Positions 9,229 to 19,221 of a stretch of DNA of 64,000 nt are shown here, one piece after another. The position numbers and the translations under genes are program-made. Position 1 is the first letter of the stretch, and every line of letters starts with the position of its first letter. The notes beneath the pieces were generated by a model. It saw only the letters and a program-made list of their open reading frames with translations, was not told the origin of the DNA and searched no databases. Source of the stretch: an uncultured Chromatiales bacterium. GTDB taxonomy: Bacteria > Pseudomonadota > Gammaproteobacteria > S012-40. The stretch spans positions 22,337 through 86,336 of the forward strand of contig CAYUAI010000008.1 in NCBI GenBank assembly GCA_964442745.1. Direction: 5' to 3'.

Positions 9229-12200
9229 ATGAATCGTATAAAAAATCAAAATATGACTATATCAAACCTGAAGTACAAAGTAATTCAATATTGGCTGAAT
9301 ATTTTCATTTGCATTTTAATTTTATTAAGCCAGCTAATTTTCGGGCAAGCATTCGCCGAGACAATATATGTGGACTCAGAAGCGAACCAGAATATGCGCC
9401 CGTTTAACAAACAAACGCTCAATGCTCAGGCCATCTTTGATCACGAGGGTATTGCTGACAACTGCCTAACCTGCCATTTCCCCAACAGCACAACCGCCAA
9501 AAAATTTAAAACAGCTACCCATACAGCTACCACCGATATTTGCGAAGATTGCCATTCCGTTTTATCCTGGCAGCCAGTTAAACGCTTCGATCACGATCAA
9601 GCATTAGGCCAATGCATCGATTGTCATGAGGGTAAAATTGCCCCCGGGAAAACAGCCAACCATATCGCCAGCAATAATGCATGTGGAACTTGCCATTCCA
9701 CGTTTACCTTCTTACCCATTAAACAAATCGATCACACCAGTGTCGTTGGCACATGTACTAATTGTCATGATGGAAATATTGCCAAAACCAAATCACCCAC
9801 TCACATTGAGACCAGTGATGCGTGTCAGTTATGCCATAATAGCCTCTCATGGTTGGCGGGCATTACCTTAGACCACTCTCAAGTTTCAGGCACATGTGCT
9901 AGCTGCCATAATAGCAGCTACGCCGCTGGCAAACATCCTTGGCATATCGACTCATCGGATGCCTGCGGCACCTGCCATGACACAACCCAGTGGCGCCCCG
10001 TTAGCCGTGTCGATCACAACGAAATAATTGGGACCTGTCGTGAATGCCATAATGGTAGATTCGCCATGGGCAAATCCGTGGGGCACGTATTATCCAGCAA
10101 TGTGTGCGAAGCTTGCCATAGCACGACAGCTTGGCGGCCTGTCACACGAGTAGAGCACAGTGAAGTCAAAGGTACCTGCAATGTTTGCCACGATGGCAGC
10201 AGTGCAATCGGCAAGCCTGTCGACCATTTACCCACCACAGATGAATGTAACATCTGCCACCAAACCACATCTTGGCAGCAAACACTTGGATTTATTCATC
10301 CGGGCATTAGCAATAACTGTGTCAGTTGCCATGATGGTAACACCCTTGCCGGTAAAAATAATACTCACATCACCACGACCGCCGCCTGCGAGTCTTGCCA
10401 TACCCCGGCAGCCTGGACAACCATTACCGCCGTTGATCATAGCCAGGGGACTGGCGATTGTTTTGATTGTCATAATGCAACAACCGCGACCGGTCAATCA
10501 GCCACTCACATTAAAACATCAAACCGCTGCGTCTCTTGCCATACCTCTGCCAGCTGGATACCGGCAACGACGATTGACCACAACGAAGTCATCGGTCGCT
10601 GCCTGGATTGCCATCATACAACCATCGCTTCTCAGGCGAAAAACCACATACCTATTCAAAACACACCCTGTGATGGATGTCATATCAATACCGCCTGGGT
10701 ACCAGTGGCTACCATGAACCATGATGTCGTCAGCACACCCTGTATTGATTGCCATGATGCGACCATCGGACCCGGCAAGTCAGCGGCCCATCCTCCCAGC
10801 TCAAATCTGTGCGAAGCTTGCCATGGGGTAACCGCTTGGCTGCCGATCCCAATCTTCGATCACACAGAAACCACCGGACTTTGCCAAGATTGTCATGCCA
10901 CCGGTATCGCTCCCGGCAAACTCAATAACCATCTACCTACCGATGAGCAATGTGACGATTGTCATGATCCCAGTGGATGGACGATAATTGTGTTTAATCA
11001 TAACAATCTCTCAGCATCTTGCATTTCATGTCATAATGATAACAACCTCCCAGGCAAACCAGCCACACACCTCTTGTCTTCTGATGCATGTAGCGCCTGC
11101 CATACCCCAAGTACTTGGGCACTGATTGCCACCCTCGATCACGACGAAGTATTAGGTGAGTGCCAAGACTGCCACAATGGTAGCATTGCTGTTAGCAAGT
11201 CAAACATTCATATTCCTACTTCGGACAAATGTAGTGCTTGCCATATCCCACTTGACTGGCAGCGCATTAATTTCATCGATCATACTGAAGTTTTTGCAGC
11301 TTGTGTTGAATGCCATAATGGGAAAACAACCCTTGGCAAAGGTAATAGTCATATAACTACCTCCGGTATTTGCGAAGCTTGCCATAACACATCTGCCTGG
11401 GTGCCGGTAACAACCATGGATCACAATGAAGTTTTAATTGCCTGTAATGGTTGCCACAATAGAGGCCTTGGGCACATTGGAAGCACCGAGAGCTGTGGTT
11501 CTTGTCATACAACAGACCAATGGGTACCAGCCCCTCTTGTCGATCATAATGAGGTAAAGGGTACTTGTGACTCCTGCCATAATGGCATTGCTGCAGACAG
11601 CAAACCTGGCGCCCATATCGTCACCCGTGCCCCATGTGATGCTTGCCACACGCCTAATCAATGGGCGCCATTAGCCACAATGGATCATACCGGTATTTCA
11701 GCCGCCTGCATGAGTTGTCACGATGGATTCACCGCCACCGGCAAAAGCTTAAACCATATACCCACATCAGATAGTTGCCATAAATGCCATGACACTAAGG
11801 TATGGGTGCCAGCAATCAAAGTCGATCACCTAGAAGTCATTGGCGACTGCTCAAGCTGCCACAATAGCTCAGCGACTCACATACGAACCAGTAGCACCTG
11901 TCAAGCCTGTCATAATACCATCGCCTGGTCACCCATTCTAATGATTGACCACAATGAGGTGATTGGTCTATGCACCGATTGCCACACTAAATCTTTAGCT
12001 CATGCCAATACCTCAATTTTTTGTGAAGCCTGCCATACCAACCAGCGCTGGGTACCCGTGCTTACCATGGATCATAATGAAGCCTTTGGCGCTTGTGCTG
12101 ATTGCCATACCCCCTCAGCAAGCCACATCAATAGCACCAATATTTGTGAAGCTTGTCATACATCCACGGCCTGGGTCCCGGCAATTACCGTCGATCACAA

Positions 12201-12309
12201 CAACGTATTAGGCACCTGCTCACGCTGCCATCCTTTGCCCGCTGACCATGACCCCACCGATGGTGCCGAATGTAATGCGGCCGGGTGCCATAACATTACT
12301 GGCTGGTAG
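9229..12309 (+). CDS. Secreted giant multiheme c-type cytochrome with about 41 CxxCH heme-binding motifs in tandem doubled-CxxCH repeats
   Basis: GAGGTG Shine-Dalgarno about 9 nt upstream of ATG 9229. Sec-type signal peptide (…LNIFICILILLSQLIFGQAFA|ET). 41 CxxCH motifs are spaced about every 26 aa with alternating half-repeats: CxxCH-x3-W-x-P-x5-DH-xEVxG and CxxCH-(D/N)G-x2-A-x-GK-x3-HI-xTS. The C-terminal site is an atypical CNAAGCH (CX4CH). Confidence 0.85.
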   Translation: MNRIKNQNMTISNLKYKVIQYWLNIFICILILLSQLIFGQAFAETIYVDSEANQNMRPFNKQTLNAQAIFDHEGIADNCLTCHFPNSTTAKKFKTATHTATTDICEDCHSVLSWQPVKRFDHDQALGQCIDCHEGKIAPGKTANHIASNNACGTCHSTFTFLPIKQIDHTSVVGTCTNCHDGNIAKTKSPTHIETSDACQLCHNSLSWLAGITLDHSQVSGTCASCHNSSYAAGKHPWHIDSSDACGTCHDTTQWRPVSRVDHNEIIGTCRECHNGRFAMGKSVGHVLSSNVCEACHSTTAWRPVTRVEHSEVKGTCNVCHDGSSAIGKPVDHLPTTDECNICHQTTSWQQTLGFIHPGISNNCVSCHDGNTLAGKNNTHITTTAACESCHTPAAWTTITAVDHSQGTGDCFDCHNATTATGQSATHIKTSNRCVSCHTSASWIPATTIDHNEVIGRCLDCHHTTIASQAKNHIPIQNTPCDGCHINTAWVPVATMNHDVVSTPCIDCHDATIGPGKSAAHPPSSNLCEACHGVTAWLPIPIFDHTETTGLCQDCHATGIAPGKLNNHLPTDEQCDDCHDPSGWTIIVFNHNNLSASCISCHNDNNLPGKPATHLLSSDACSACHTPSTWALIATLDHDEVLGECQDCHNGSIAVSKSNIHIPTSDKCSACHIPLDWQRINFIDHTEVFAACVECHNGKTTLGKGNSHITTSGICEACHNTSAWVPVTTMDHNEVLIACNGCHNRGLGHIGSTESCGSCHTTDQWVPAPLVDHNEVKGTCDSCHNGIAADSKPGAHIVTRAPCDACHTPNQWAPLATMDHTGISAACMSCHDGFTATGKSLNHIPTSDSCHKCHDTKVWVPAIKVDHLEVIGDCSSCHNSSATHIRTSSTCQACHNTIAWSPILMIDHNEVIGLCTDCHTKSLAHANTSIFCEACHTNQRWVPVLTMDHNEAFGACADCHTPSASHINSTNICEACHTSTAWVPAITVDHNNVLGTCSRCHPLPADHDPTDGAECNAAGCHNITGW

Positions 12310-12321
12310 CTCACGTCCATC

Positions 12322-12357
12322 CCTAGGAGGCTATCCAAGCATGGGAAACCTCCTGGG
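12322..12357 (+). terminator. Imperfect hairpin immediately downstream of the cytochrome stop codon (weak terminator candidate)
   Basis: cctaggagg…(18-nt loop)…cctcctggg directly after TAG at 12307-12309. The downstream tract is only weakly U-rich. Confidence 0.25.
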
Positions 12358-12453
12358 TATTTACAAATGATAATACTTAGTGAATAATAATTTTCCTATT
12401 TCTAATGGTTTGATGCTGACAGAAATAAAGCCAAAAAGATAAGGAATACGTGG

Positions 12454-13125
12454 ATGATCAATTTATCAAAGGCCAAGATCGTTGATCTTAGCAAAAAAGC
12501 AGAAACCACTCTTGCAGAGAAAAATTTGACCAATGTAGAAGCCAGTGTCATTGTGGTGTTGGATGTATCAAAATCCATGCACCCGCTATATCACAGCGGT
12601 ATCATGCAAAATGTCATTGAACGTTTGTTGGCATTAGCAATTCATTTTGACGACGATCAAAAAATAGATGCCTATGTTTTTGGCACCACCGCTTGTGAAC
12701 TGGCTCCATTAACGATGAATACGGTCGAAGGTTACATTGAACGTGAAGTGATTGCAAAACACAAAATTAACCAAGCCACTAAATACGCCACCGCCATTGA
12801 ACTAATCCATAAAAAGTATCGTGATTGCCAACAACCGGTTTATGTCATATTTATTACCGATGGTGATAATTCCGATAAAACAGAAACTAAATCGAGGATG
12901 ATAGACATCTGCAAAGCACCCATCTTTTGGCAATTTGTGGGTATTGGCAAAGAAGAATTTAAATTCCTTAACCGATTAGACGATCTATCAGGTAGGGCCA
13001 TCGATAATGCCGGATTCATGCATGTCAACGACATTGATACCATCGCAGATGATATACTGTATGCTCAATTACTGGATGAATTTCCCAGTTGGCTTAACAT
13101 TGTCAAGCAACAAGGTATTATTTAA
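12454..13125 (+). CDS. vWA-domain protein with MIDAS motif (vWA-TerF-like type)
   Basis: VVLDVSKSM is a DxSxS MIDAS motif. Downstream are FITDGDNSD and other features of the Rossmann-like vWA fold. The N-terminus MINLSKAKIVDLSKK resembles the TerD-family leader. AAGGA RBS upstream. Confidence 0.6.
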   Translation: MINLSKAKIVDLSKKAETTLAEKNLTNVEASVIVVLDVSKSMHPLYHSGIMQNVIERLLALAIHFDDDQKIDAYVFGTTACELAPLTMNTVEGYIEREVIAKHKINQATKYATAIELIHKKYRDCQQPVYVIFITDGDNSDKTETKSRMIDICKAPIFWQFVGIGKEEFKFLNRLDDLSGRAIDNAGFMHVNDIDTIADDILYAQLLDEFPSWLNIVKQQGII

Positions 13126-13137
13126 TGAACTCATCGC

Positions 13138-14511
13138 TTACAAGTCGATCAATTGAATCGCTTCGTTGATACGCTCAACAGGCATCACTTGCAAACCTTC
13201 GATGGCTTTTCTTGGTGCATTGGACTTGGCTAAGATAGCACGTTTAAAACCATGCTTTGCGGCTTCACGGACGCGCTCTTCGCCATTCGGTACGGGGCGT
13301 ATTTCACCGGCCAAACCCACTTCGCCAAACACCACTAAATCATTACCGATCGGTTTATTACGAAAACTGGAAATGGTGGCTAACACCACCGCCAAATCGA
13401 CCGCTGTTTCTGATATTTTAACCCCCCCCACCACATTAATAAACACATCGTGATCATGCATGGCAATACCCGCATGACGGTGTAACACCGCCAGCAACAT
13501 GGATAACCGGTTATATTCGAGTCCCAAGGTAATACGCTTTGGCATCGCCCCATGGCTTTCATCCACCAAGGCCTGGATTTCCACTAACAAAGGTCGACTG
13601 CCTTCGCGGGTCACCATCACCACACTGCCCGGCACCGACTGCGAATGACGTGATAAGAAAATGGCCGAAGGATTGCTGACTTCTTTGAGCCCCGTATCAG
13701 TCATGGCAAAGACACCCAGTTCATTGACTTGCCCAAAACGGTTTTTCACCGCCCGAATCATCCGAAATCGGCTGCCAGCTTCCCCTTCAAAATAAAGCAC
13801 GGTATCCACCATATGTTCTAACACACGCGGCCCAGCAATGACCCCCTCTTTAGTGACGTGCCCGACTAAAAATAAAGCAATATTCGTTTTTTTGGCAAAC
13901 TGGACAAACTGTGCGGTACTTTCTCTTAGCTGCGCAACCGCCCCCGGCGCTGACTGCAACGCACTGGTAAAAATGGTTTGGATCGAGTCGATCACCATAA
14001 TTTGTGGTTGTTCTTGATAGGCGATGCTGATGATTTTCTCGACTTGCGTTTCCGCCAACAACTTTAGTGAAGTCTCCAGTAAATGCAATCGATCCGCACG
14101 AATACGCACTTGCTGTAACGATTCTTCCCCGGTCACATACAGCGTTTTAAATTGTTCGCTCATGGCAATCAAGCTTTGCAATAATAACGTCGATTTACCA
14201 ATACCCGGGTCCCCACCAATAAGGATCACTGAACCGGCCACTAAACCACCGCCCAATGCTCGATCAAGTTCACCGACACCGGTTAAAATCCGGCTCTCTG
14301 CGGTATTGGGCACCTCGGATAATAATTGCACGCCACTTTGGTGCTTCGCGCCGCCGGCGTAACCTTCAAACGAATGGGTGCGTCGATTTTCCTTACTGCG
14401 GTCGACGCTCTCGATCAACGTATTCCACGCCTTACAATCGGGACATTGGCCAACCCACTTCGCTGATTGCCCACCACATTCGGTGCAATTATAAATTATT
14501 TTCGTTTTCAT
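13138..14511 (-). CDS. radA: DNA repair protein RadA/Sms
   Basis: C4 zinc finger CTECGGQSAKWVGQCPDCKAWNT, Walker A GDPGIGKST, KNRFG motif and a Lon-like C-terminal domain. Start placed at MKTKIIYNCTECG, because the longer ORF overlaps alr by 107 bp. Confidence 0.9.
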   Translation of the reverse strand: MKTKIIYNCTECGGQSAKWVGQCPDCKAWNTLIESVDRSKENRRTHSFEGYAGGAKHQSGVQLLSEVPNTAESRILTGVGELDRALGGGLVAGSVILIGGDPGIGKSTLLLQSLIAMSEQFKTLYVTGEESLQQVRIRADRLHLLETSLKLLAETQVEKIISIAYQEQPQIMVIDSIQTIFTSALQSAPGAVAQLRESTAQFVQFAKKTNIALFLVGHVTKEGVIAGPRVLEHMVDTVLYFEGEAGSRFRMIRAVKNRFGQVNELGVFAMTDTGLKEVSNPSAIFLSRHSQSVPGSVVMVTREGSRPLLVEIQALVDESHGAMPKRITLGLEYNRLSMLLAVLHRHAGIAMHDHDVFINVVGGVKISETAVDLAVVLATISSFRNKPIGNDLVVFGEVGLAGEIRPVPNGEERVREAAKHGFKRAILAKSNAPRKAIEGLQVMPVERINEAIQLIDL

Positions 14512-15580
14512 GAATTGAAGTAAATTGTACACGCTGGGTGAGTTTACAGACGAGTTCATAAGCAATGGTATTGGCTCGATTAGCGATTTCTTCAACCGGC
14601 AAACCCTCCCCCCATAACGTCACCGGATCACCCACCTGAATCGGTGCCTCACCAATATCAACACAGGTCATATCCATGCTCACCCGTCCAATAATAGGAA
14701 AACGTTGCTGCCGAATTAACACCGGAGTACCGTTTGTTACCTGCCGGGGATATCCATCACCATAACCGATAGCAACCACGGCAATATGGGTGGTTCGGCC
14801 CGCTCGCCATGTCCCGCCGTATCCTAATAACTCACCCGACTTAATCTGATTGATGGCAATCACCCGACTCACCAATGTCATGACCGGTCTCAAGTCAAGT
14901 GAGCAACCATTCCCTCCATGAAAAGGACTAATCCCATACAGCATGATACCGGGCCTCACCCAATCAAAATGACTGCTGGGAAAACCCAAAATACCCGCTG
15001 AATTAGCTAAGCTCCTCGCTAAACCAAACGGCTGATATAAAGATGTAAATAATAAGATTTGTTGTTGGGTAGACGGATTAGCGGCCTCATCAGCACTGGC
15101 AAAATGCGACATCAGCACCACCTGCTTGGTATTGAGACAATCACTCACTCGGCGTAATGCCGACAAACTTACCGAATGGTCAATGCCAAGTCGATGCATG
15201 CCGGTATCAATTTTCAACCACACGACCACCGGCTTGGCTAATTTGGTTTTTTCAAACAGGCGGATTTGATCCAGATGATGAATGACGGTATCTAAGCGGT
15301 GCTGCTCAATTAATAACAGTTCCTCCGCTGATATAAAACCTTGCAATACTAAAATCCGGTCTTTGGTATTGACGTTTCGTAATGCAATAGCCTCTTCAAT
15401 GTTAGCCACCGCTAAGGCGTCCACCCCTTTTAATGCTTGTGCCACACGCACCATACCGTGCCCATACGCATTGGCTTTGATGACCGCGATAATTTTTGCT
15501 TGGCGCACATGTTGCCGCACACGCTGCAAATTATACTTCAATGCAGAAACGTCAATGCGCACCTGATTGGCGCTGATCAT
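14489..15580 (-). CDS. alr: Alanine racemase
   Basis: PLP-attachment motif AVIKANAYGHG. 363 aa. Sits downstream of dnaB as in Pseudomonas. Confidence 0.85.
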   Translation of the reverse strand: MISANQVRIDVSALKYNLQRVRQHVRQAKIIAVIKANAYGHGMVRVAQALKGVDALAVANIEEAIALRNVNTKDRILVLQGFISAEELLLIEQHRLDTVIHHLDQIRLFEKTKLAKPVVVWLKIDTGMHRLGIDHSVSLSALRRVSDCLNTKQVVLMSHFASADEAANPSTQQQILLFTSLYQPFGLARSLANSAGILGFPSSHFDWVRPGIMLYGISPFHGGNGCSLDLRPVMTLVSRVIAINQIKSGELLGYGGTWRAGRTTHIAVVAIGYGDGYPRQVTNGTPVLIRQQRFPIIGRVSMDMTCVDIGEAPIQVGDPVTLWGEGLPVEEIANRANTIAYELVCKLTQRVQFTSIHENENNL

Positions 15581-16980
15581 TCATGCCCTCCACCACCAAA
15601 GTCCGTCTGAATAAAATTCTCAAATCGGGTGTATTGCCCAAGAAAGGTTAAACGCGTGGTACCAATCGGTCCATTTCGCTGTTTGCCGATAATAATTTCA
15701 GCCGTGCCTTTATCTGGGCTGTCCGGATTATAAACTTCATCACGATAGATAAAAACAATCACATCCGCATCCTGCTCAATCGCCCCTGACTCACGTAAAT
15801 CTGACATCACTGGACGTTTATTCGGACGTTGTTCTAGGCCTCGATTTAACTGTGACAAAGCAACCACAGGTACTTCTAATTCTTTAGCCAAGGCTTTTAA
15901 AGAACGAGAAATCTCGGAAATTTCGGCAGCGCGATTGTCCCGCGCACCATGCACTTGCATTAATTGTAAATAATCGATAACAATCAATCCAAGTTTGCCT
16001 TGTTCCCGTGCTAAACGCCGTGCACGCGCACGTAATTCATTAGGCGTTAACGCTGGCGTATCATCAATAAATAGCGGTGCTTCCGCTAAAATACCGACAG
16101 CACTCGTCAAACGAGGCCAGTCATCGTCACTTAATTTTCCGGTACGAACTTTGTGCTGATCAATGCGGCCAATGGATGACATCATCCGCATGGCTAACTG
16201 ATCCCCCGGCATTTCCATGCTAAATACCGCCACCGGCAAACCCGCATAGACCGCCGCATGCTCCGCCATATTCATGGCAAAGGTGGTTTTACCCATGGAA
16301 GGACGGCCCGCCACAATCACGAGATCCGAGTGCTGTAAACCCGAGGTTTGTTCATCAAAGTCCGAGAATCCAGTCGGCACCCCGGTGATGGGATTGGCTT
16401 GTAGAAATAATGAATCAATCCGATCAACCGCCTTGGTTAATAAATCCTTGATACCAATAAAACCCTTCCGCCCACGAGAGCCTCTTTCTGCAATATTAAA
16501 TACTTGCTGTTCCGCCTTGTCCAATATTTCGGCACTAGAACGCCCGTCTGGATTAAATGCATCATCGGTAATGGTTGAGCCAACATTAATCAATTGGCGC
16601 AGTATGGATCGTTCTTTGACAATGCTCGCATAGGCTTTGATGTTAGCGGCCGTTGGAATATTCTTTGCCAATGCCCCGAGATAGGCTAAGCCACCGGCTT
16701 TTTCCAACGCTTTTACACTGTCTAGGCTTTCAGACAATGTAATAATATCGCAAGGTTTTCCTTCAGATACCAAAGCAACAATGGCGCGATATATCAAGCG
16801 ATGATCGTAACGATAAAAATCGTCTTCGGTAACGAGATCAGCGATCTGGTCCCAAGCATCATTATCTAACAGGAGACCACCGAGAATGGATTGCTCAGCT
16901 TCGACGGAATGGGGCGGAATTTTCAACTGATCCGCGTCAATATCATTTCCAGCGGGAAAAGGAAAGGCTAAATCTGGCAT
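15577..16980 (-). CDS. dnaB: Replicative DNA helicase DnaB
   Basis: Walker A GRPSMGKTTFAMN, DnaB N-terminal domain and C-terminal RecA-like domain. 467 aa. Confidence 0.9.
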   Translation of the reverse strand: MPDLAFPFPAGNDIDADQLKIPPHSVEAEQSILGGLLLDNDAWDQIADLVTEDDFYRYDHRLIYRAIVALVSEGKPCDIITLSESLDSVKALEKAGGLAYLGALAKNIPTAANIKAYASIVKERSILRQLINVGSTITDDAFNPDGRSSAEILDKAEQQVFNIAERGSRGRKGFIGIKDLLTKAVDRIDSLFLQANPITGVPTGFSDFDEQTSGLQHSDLVIVAGRPSMGKTTFAMNMAEHAAVYAGLPVAVFSMEMPGDQLAMRMMSSIGRIDQHKVRTGKLSDDDWPRLTSAVGILAEAPLFIDDTPALTPNELRARARRLAREQGKLGLIVIDYLQLMQVHGARDNRAAEISEISRSLKALAKELEVPVVALSQLNRGLEQRPNKRPVMSDLRESGAIEQDADVIVFIYRDEVYNPDSPDKGTAEIIIGKQRNGPIGTTRLTFLGQYTRFENFIQTDFGGGGHE

Positions 16981-17292
16981 ATGCCCCTCGCAACATCATG
17001 ACTTAATCGGGTGGCAGGATCCTGCCAAAAAGAAACTAAGGAATGAACAATCGGTCGATTCCTAAGAATAACAAAATCCTATTTATTGGAACGCTAGACG
17101 TCGCAAAGTGTTGCCACGCTCTTAATGCCGTTGGATTTTGAAAAATCAGGCAAAGTGAATGTATTATCCATTCAGTGCATACTCCTTAGAAGCGGCTTTA
17201 AAGCCACTTCTAAAGGAGTGATGAGGACGATGTGACACAATAACTCATTTTTCAATCAATCATTCATATGCCCATGGTGTCAACGTTTGATG

Positions 17293-17739
17293 TTATGCGG
17301 CGACCACTAGAATTTTCACCATGGATGTCACGTCGGCATGCAAGTTTAAAGAAATCTCGAACTCACCAAGATTGCGTAACGGTCCATCTGGCAATTGTAC
17401 TTCATGTTTTTTCACATGAACACCAGCAATAGAAATCGCTTCAGCAACGTCTCTCGCACCGATGGAGCCATACAGCTTGCCTTCATCACCCGCTTTGCCG
17501 GTAATTTCAATACTCAATTCACTGAGCTTACTGGCCCGTTCATTCGCTGCCGCTAACACACTGGCCGATTTCTTTTCTAGTTCGGCACGCTGCGCTTCAA
17601 ATCGCTCAATATTTTTTTTATTCGCCGGAATCGCGATGCCTTTAGGAATCAAAAAATTCCTTCCATAGCCGCCTTTGACATCCACCTTATCACCGATAGA
17701 ACCTAAGCTCTTTACTTTTTCTGTTAATATGACTTCCAT
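17293..17739 (-). CDS. rplI: 50S ribosomal protein L9
   Basis: [36 protein letters not shown] is near-identical to the canonical L9 N-terminus. Confidence 0.95.
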   Translation of the reverse strand: MEVILTEKVKSLGSIGDKVDVKGGYGRNFLIPKGIAIPANKKNIERFEAQRAELEKKSASVLAAANERASKLSELSIEITGKAGDEGKLYGSIGARDVAEAISIAGVHVKKHEVQLPDGPLRNLGEFEISLNLHADVTSMVKILVVAA

Positions 17740-17806
17740 AAAATAACCTCATGCCAAAACTTGAATTTCGTAATTTAATAACCAACACTGGCGCAAAATA
17801 TAGGGC

Positions 17807-18727
17807 TTATGAATCCATCTTGTCGGGCTTAGCAAAATATCGACGATAATCCATCCAAGCATCTGAAATCGCAATCAGCGCTAATAAAACCATCATCGGC
17901 TTGGCAACAAAAAATAGCATGACATAAATAGCCACTAACCATGCTGCATTAGCATGGGTTTTTTCCACCCAATCATGGACCATAGCCAACCCGAATAAAC
18001 TGCAAGCCGTGATAACAACAAACGTAAGGTCGGAAAAAAGTTCACCCGGATGGCTAATAATCATGGCAAGCACGATGATGACTAGCGCGACAATAGCTAC
18101 CCGTCGATCCATTTTCAATGAAACAAATTCTTCACGAAACCCACCGGGATTGTATAATGCCGCTTGCCACCAACGCCCCAGAAACAGACTGCAAATTAAG
18201 CTAACAAACACAGCCCCAGCCACCATACCCGTCATGGAGGATGCAATCATCTCTAACATTAACTGAACATCATCAGGATCGGCAGACACCGTCGATTCTC
18301 GCAGGGTTTGTTGAAAAATATTAGCGAGCTGCTCCAGCCACCATGCCACAGGATCATTTAGCATCCCATGCACCACGATGGGAACAATGCAAGCCATGCC
18401 TGCTGCAATATAAATTGACCACGGTAAGTGCATCATTCGCCGCAGTACCACCGCTAACACCCACACGGGCATCCACACCATCACGACAAACAGCAGTGCG
18501 ATCGCCCCACTGCCTAATATCACATAGGCCAATACCGCCATCACCAGCGCCGCGATGAAGCTGATATACAGTCCATCATAAGCACCTTTACGCAAAGTAA
18601 CGAGGGCAATCACAGCGGCACTTAAATAACTTAACGGTGCCAAAATTAAAGACAATACCGCAAAAACCGTGGCCGCCATTGCCGCTTGTGCTCGACCACG
18701 CATAATGAAAGTGGCCATTGCTTTCAT
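17807..18727 (-). CDS. Conserved multi-pass membrane protein (DUF2232-like) between rpsR and rplI
   Basis: 306-aa hydrophobic ORF in the same position as P. aeruginosa PA4933 (rpsF-rpsR-PA4933-rplI). Confidence 0.6.
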   Translation of the reverse strand: MKAMATFIMRGRAQAAMAATVFAVLSLILAPLSYLSAAVIALVTLRKGAYDGLYISFIAALVMAVLAYVILGSGAIALLFVVMVWMPVWVLAVVLRRMMHLPWSIYIAAGMACIVPIVVHGMLNDPVAWWLEQLANIFQQTLRESTVSADPDDVQLMLEMIASSMTGMVAGAVFVSLICSLFLGRWWQAALYNPGGFREEFVSLKMDRRVAIVALVIIVLAMIISHPGELFSDLTFVVITACSLFGLAMVHDWVEKTHANAAWLVAIYVMLFFVAKPMMVLLALIAISDAWMDYRRYFAKPDKMDS

Positions 18728-18945
18728 CGTTACCCCACTTCAGTGAAATGACGCTAAGAGTTTATTTCGCTAGCAAGGTTGCCCGAGAGTAGCGATTATC
18801 GCTCGATCCAACTTGATCCGTGTATGCTTTCGATAGAATCAACTTGGGTCGTAGCGATCAGCCGGCTTTCGTACAGCCTCCTAGGGACTCAGCGTTTGTG
18901 ATTCGGTACCACCTTCACAACAAAACGTAAAGGCGATAAAATCCC

Positions 18946-19170
18946 TTAATGGGCGTCTGAATAAGGTAATAAGGAAATATATCTTGCACGTTTAATGGCC
19001 TCAGACAACTGACGCTGATATTTTGCACTGGTGCCGGTAATACGGCTTGGCACAATTTTCCCGCTTTCTGTAATATAGTTTCTCAATGTTGCCAAATCCA
19101 AATAATCAATTTGAACCACTCCATCTGCAGTAAATCGGCAAAACTTTCTACGTCGAAAATAACGTGACAT
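18946..19170 (-). CDS. rpsR: 30S ribosomal protein S18
   Basis: [18 protein letters not shown]…[16 protein letters not shown]…[11 protein letters not shown] is almost identical to E. coli S18. Confidence 0.95.
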   Translation of the reverse strand: MSRYFRRRKFCRFTADGVVQIDYLDLATLRNYITESGKIVPSRITGTSAKYQRQLSEAIKRARYISLLPYSDAH

Positions 19171-19221
19171 TATTTATACTCCAAACTATCTATTATTTAA
19201 GGAATGTTGCACAGAGATGAT

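Noticed and set aside
9626-11661. Several 60-185-aa ORFs on both strands inside the cytochrome gene (for example 10160..10717 +, 10228..10497 -, 11434..11661 -)
   Set aside because: They are alternative-frame readings of the repetitive, GC-skewed cytochrome coding sequence. They translate into low-complexity Pro/Ala/Gly-rich strings and are fully embedded in a strongly supported CDS.
9229-12309. Whether the Cys/His repeat protein is a zinc-finger or metal-binding repeat protein rather than a cytochrome
   Set aside because: The invariant CxxCH spacing, a conserved distal His per module, and a Sec signal peptide (c-type heme attachment is periplasmic) fit multiheme cytochrome c much better than zinc fingers, which are cytoplasmic and usually C2H2 or C4.
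17160-17200. Near-perfect palindrome TAGAAGCGGCTTTAAAGCCACTTCTA downstream of rplI as a terminator
   Set aside because: The hairpin is real, but it is not followed by a U-tract on the rplI transcript strand. It may be a processing or stability element instead. Not called as a terminator.
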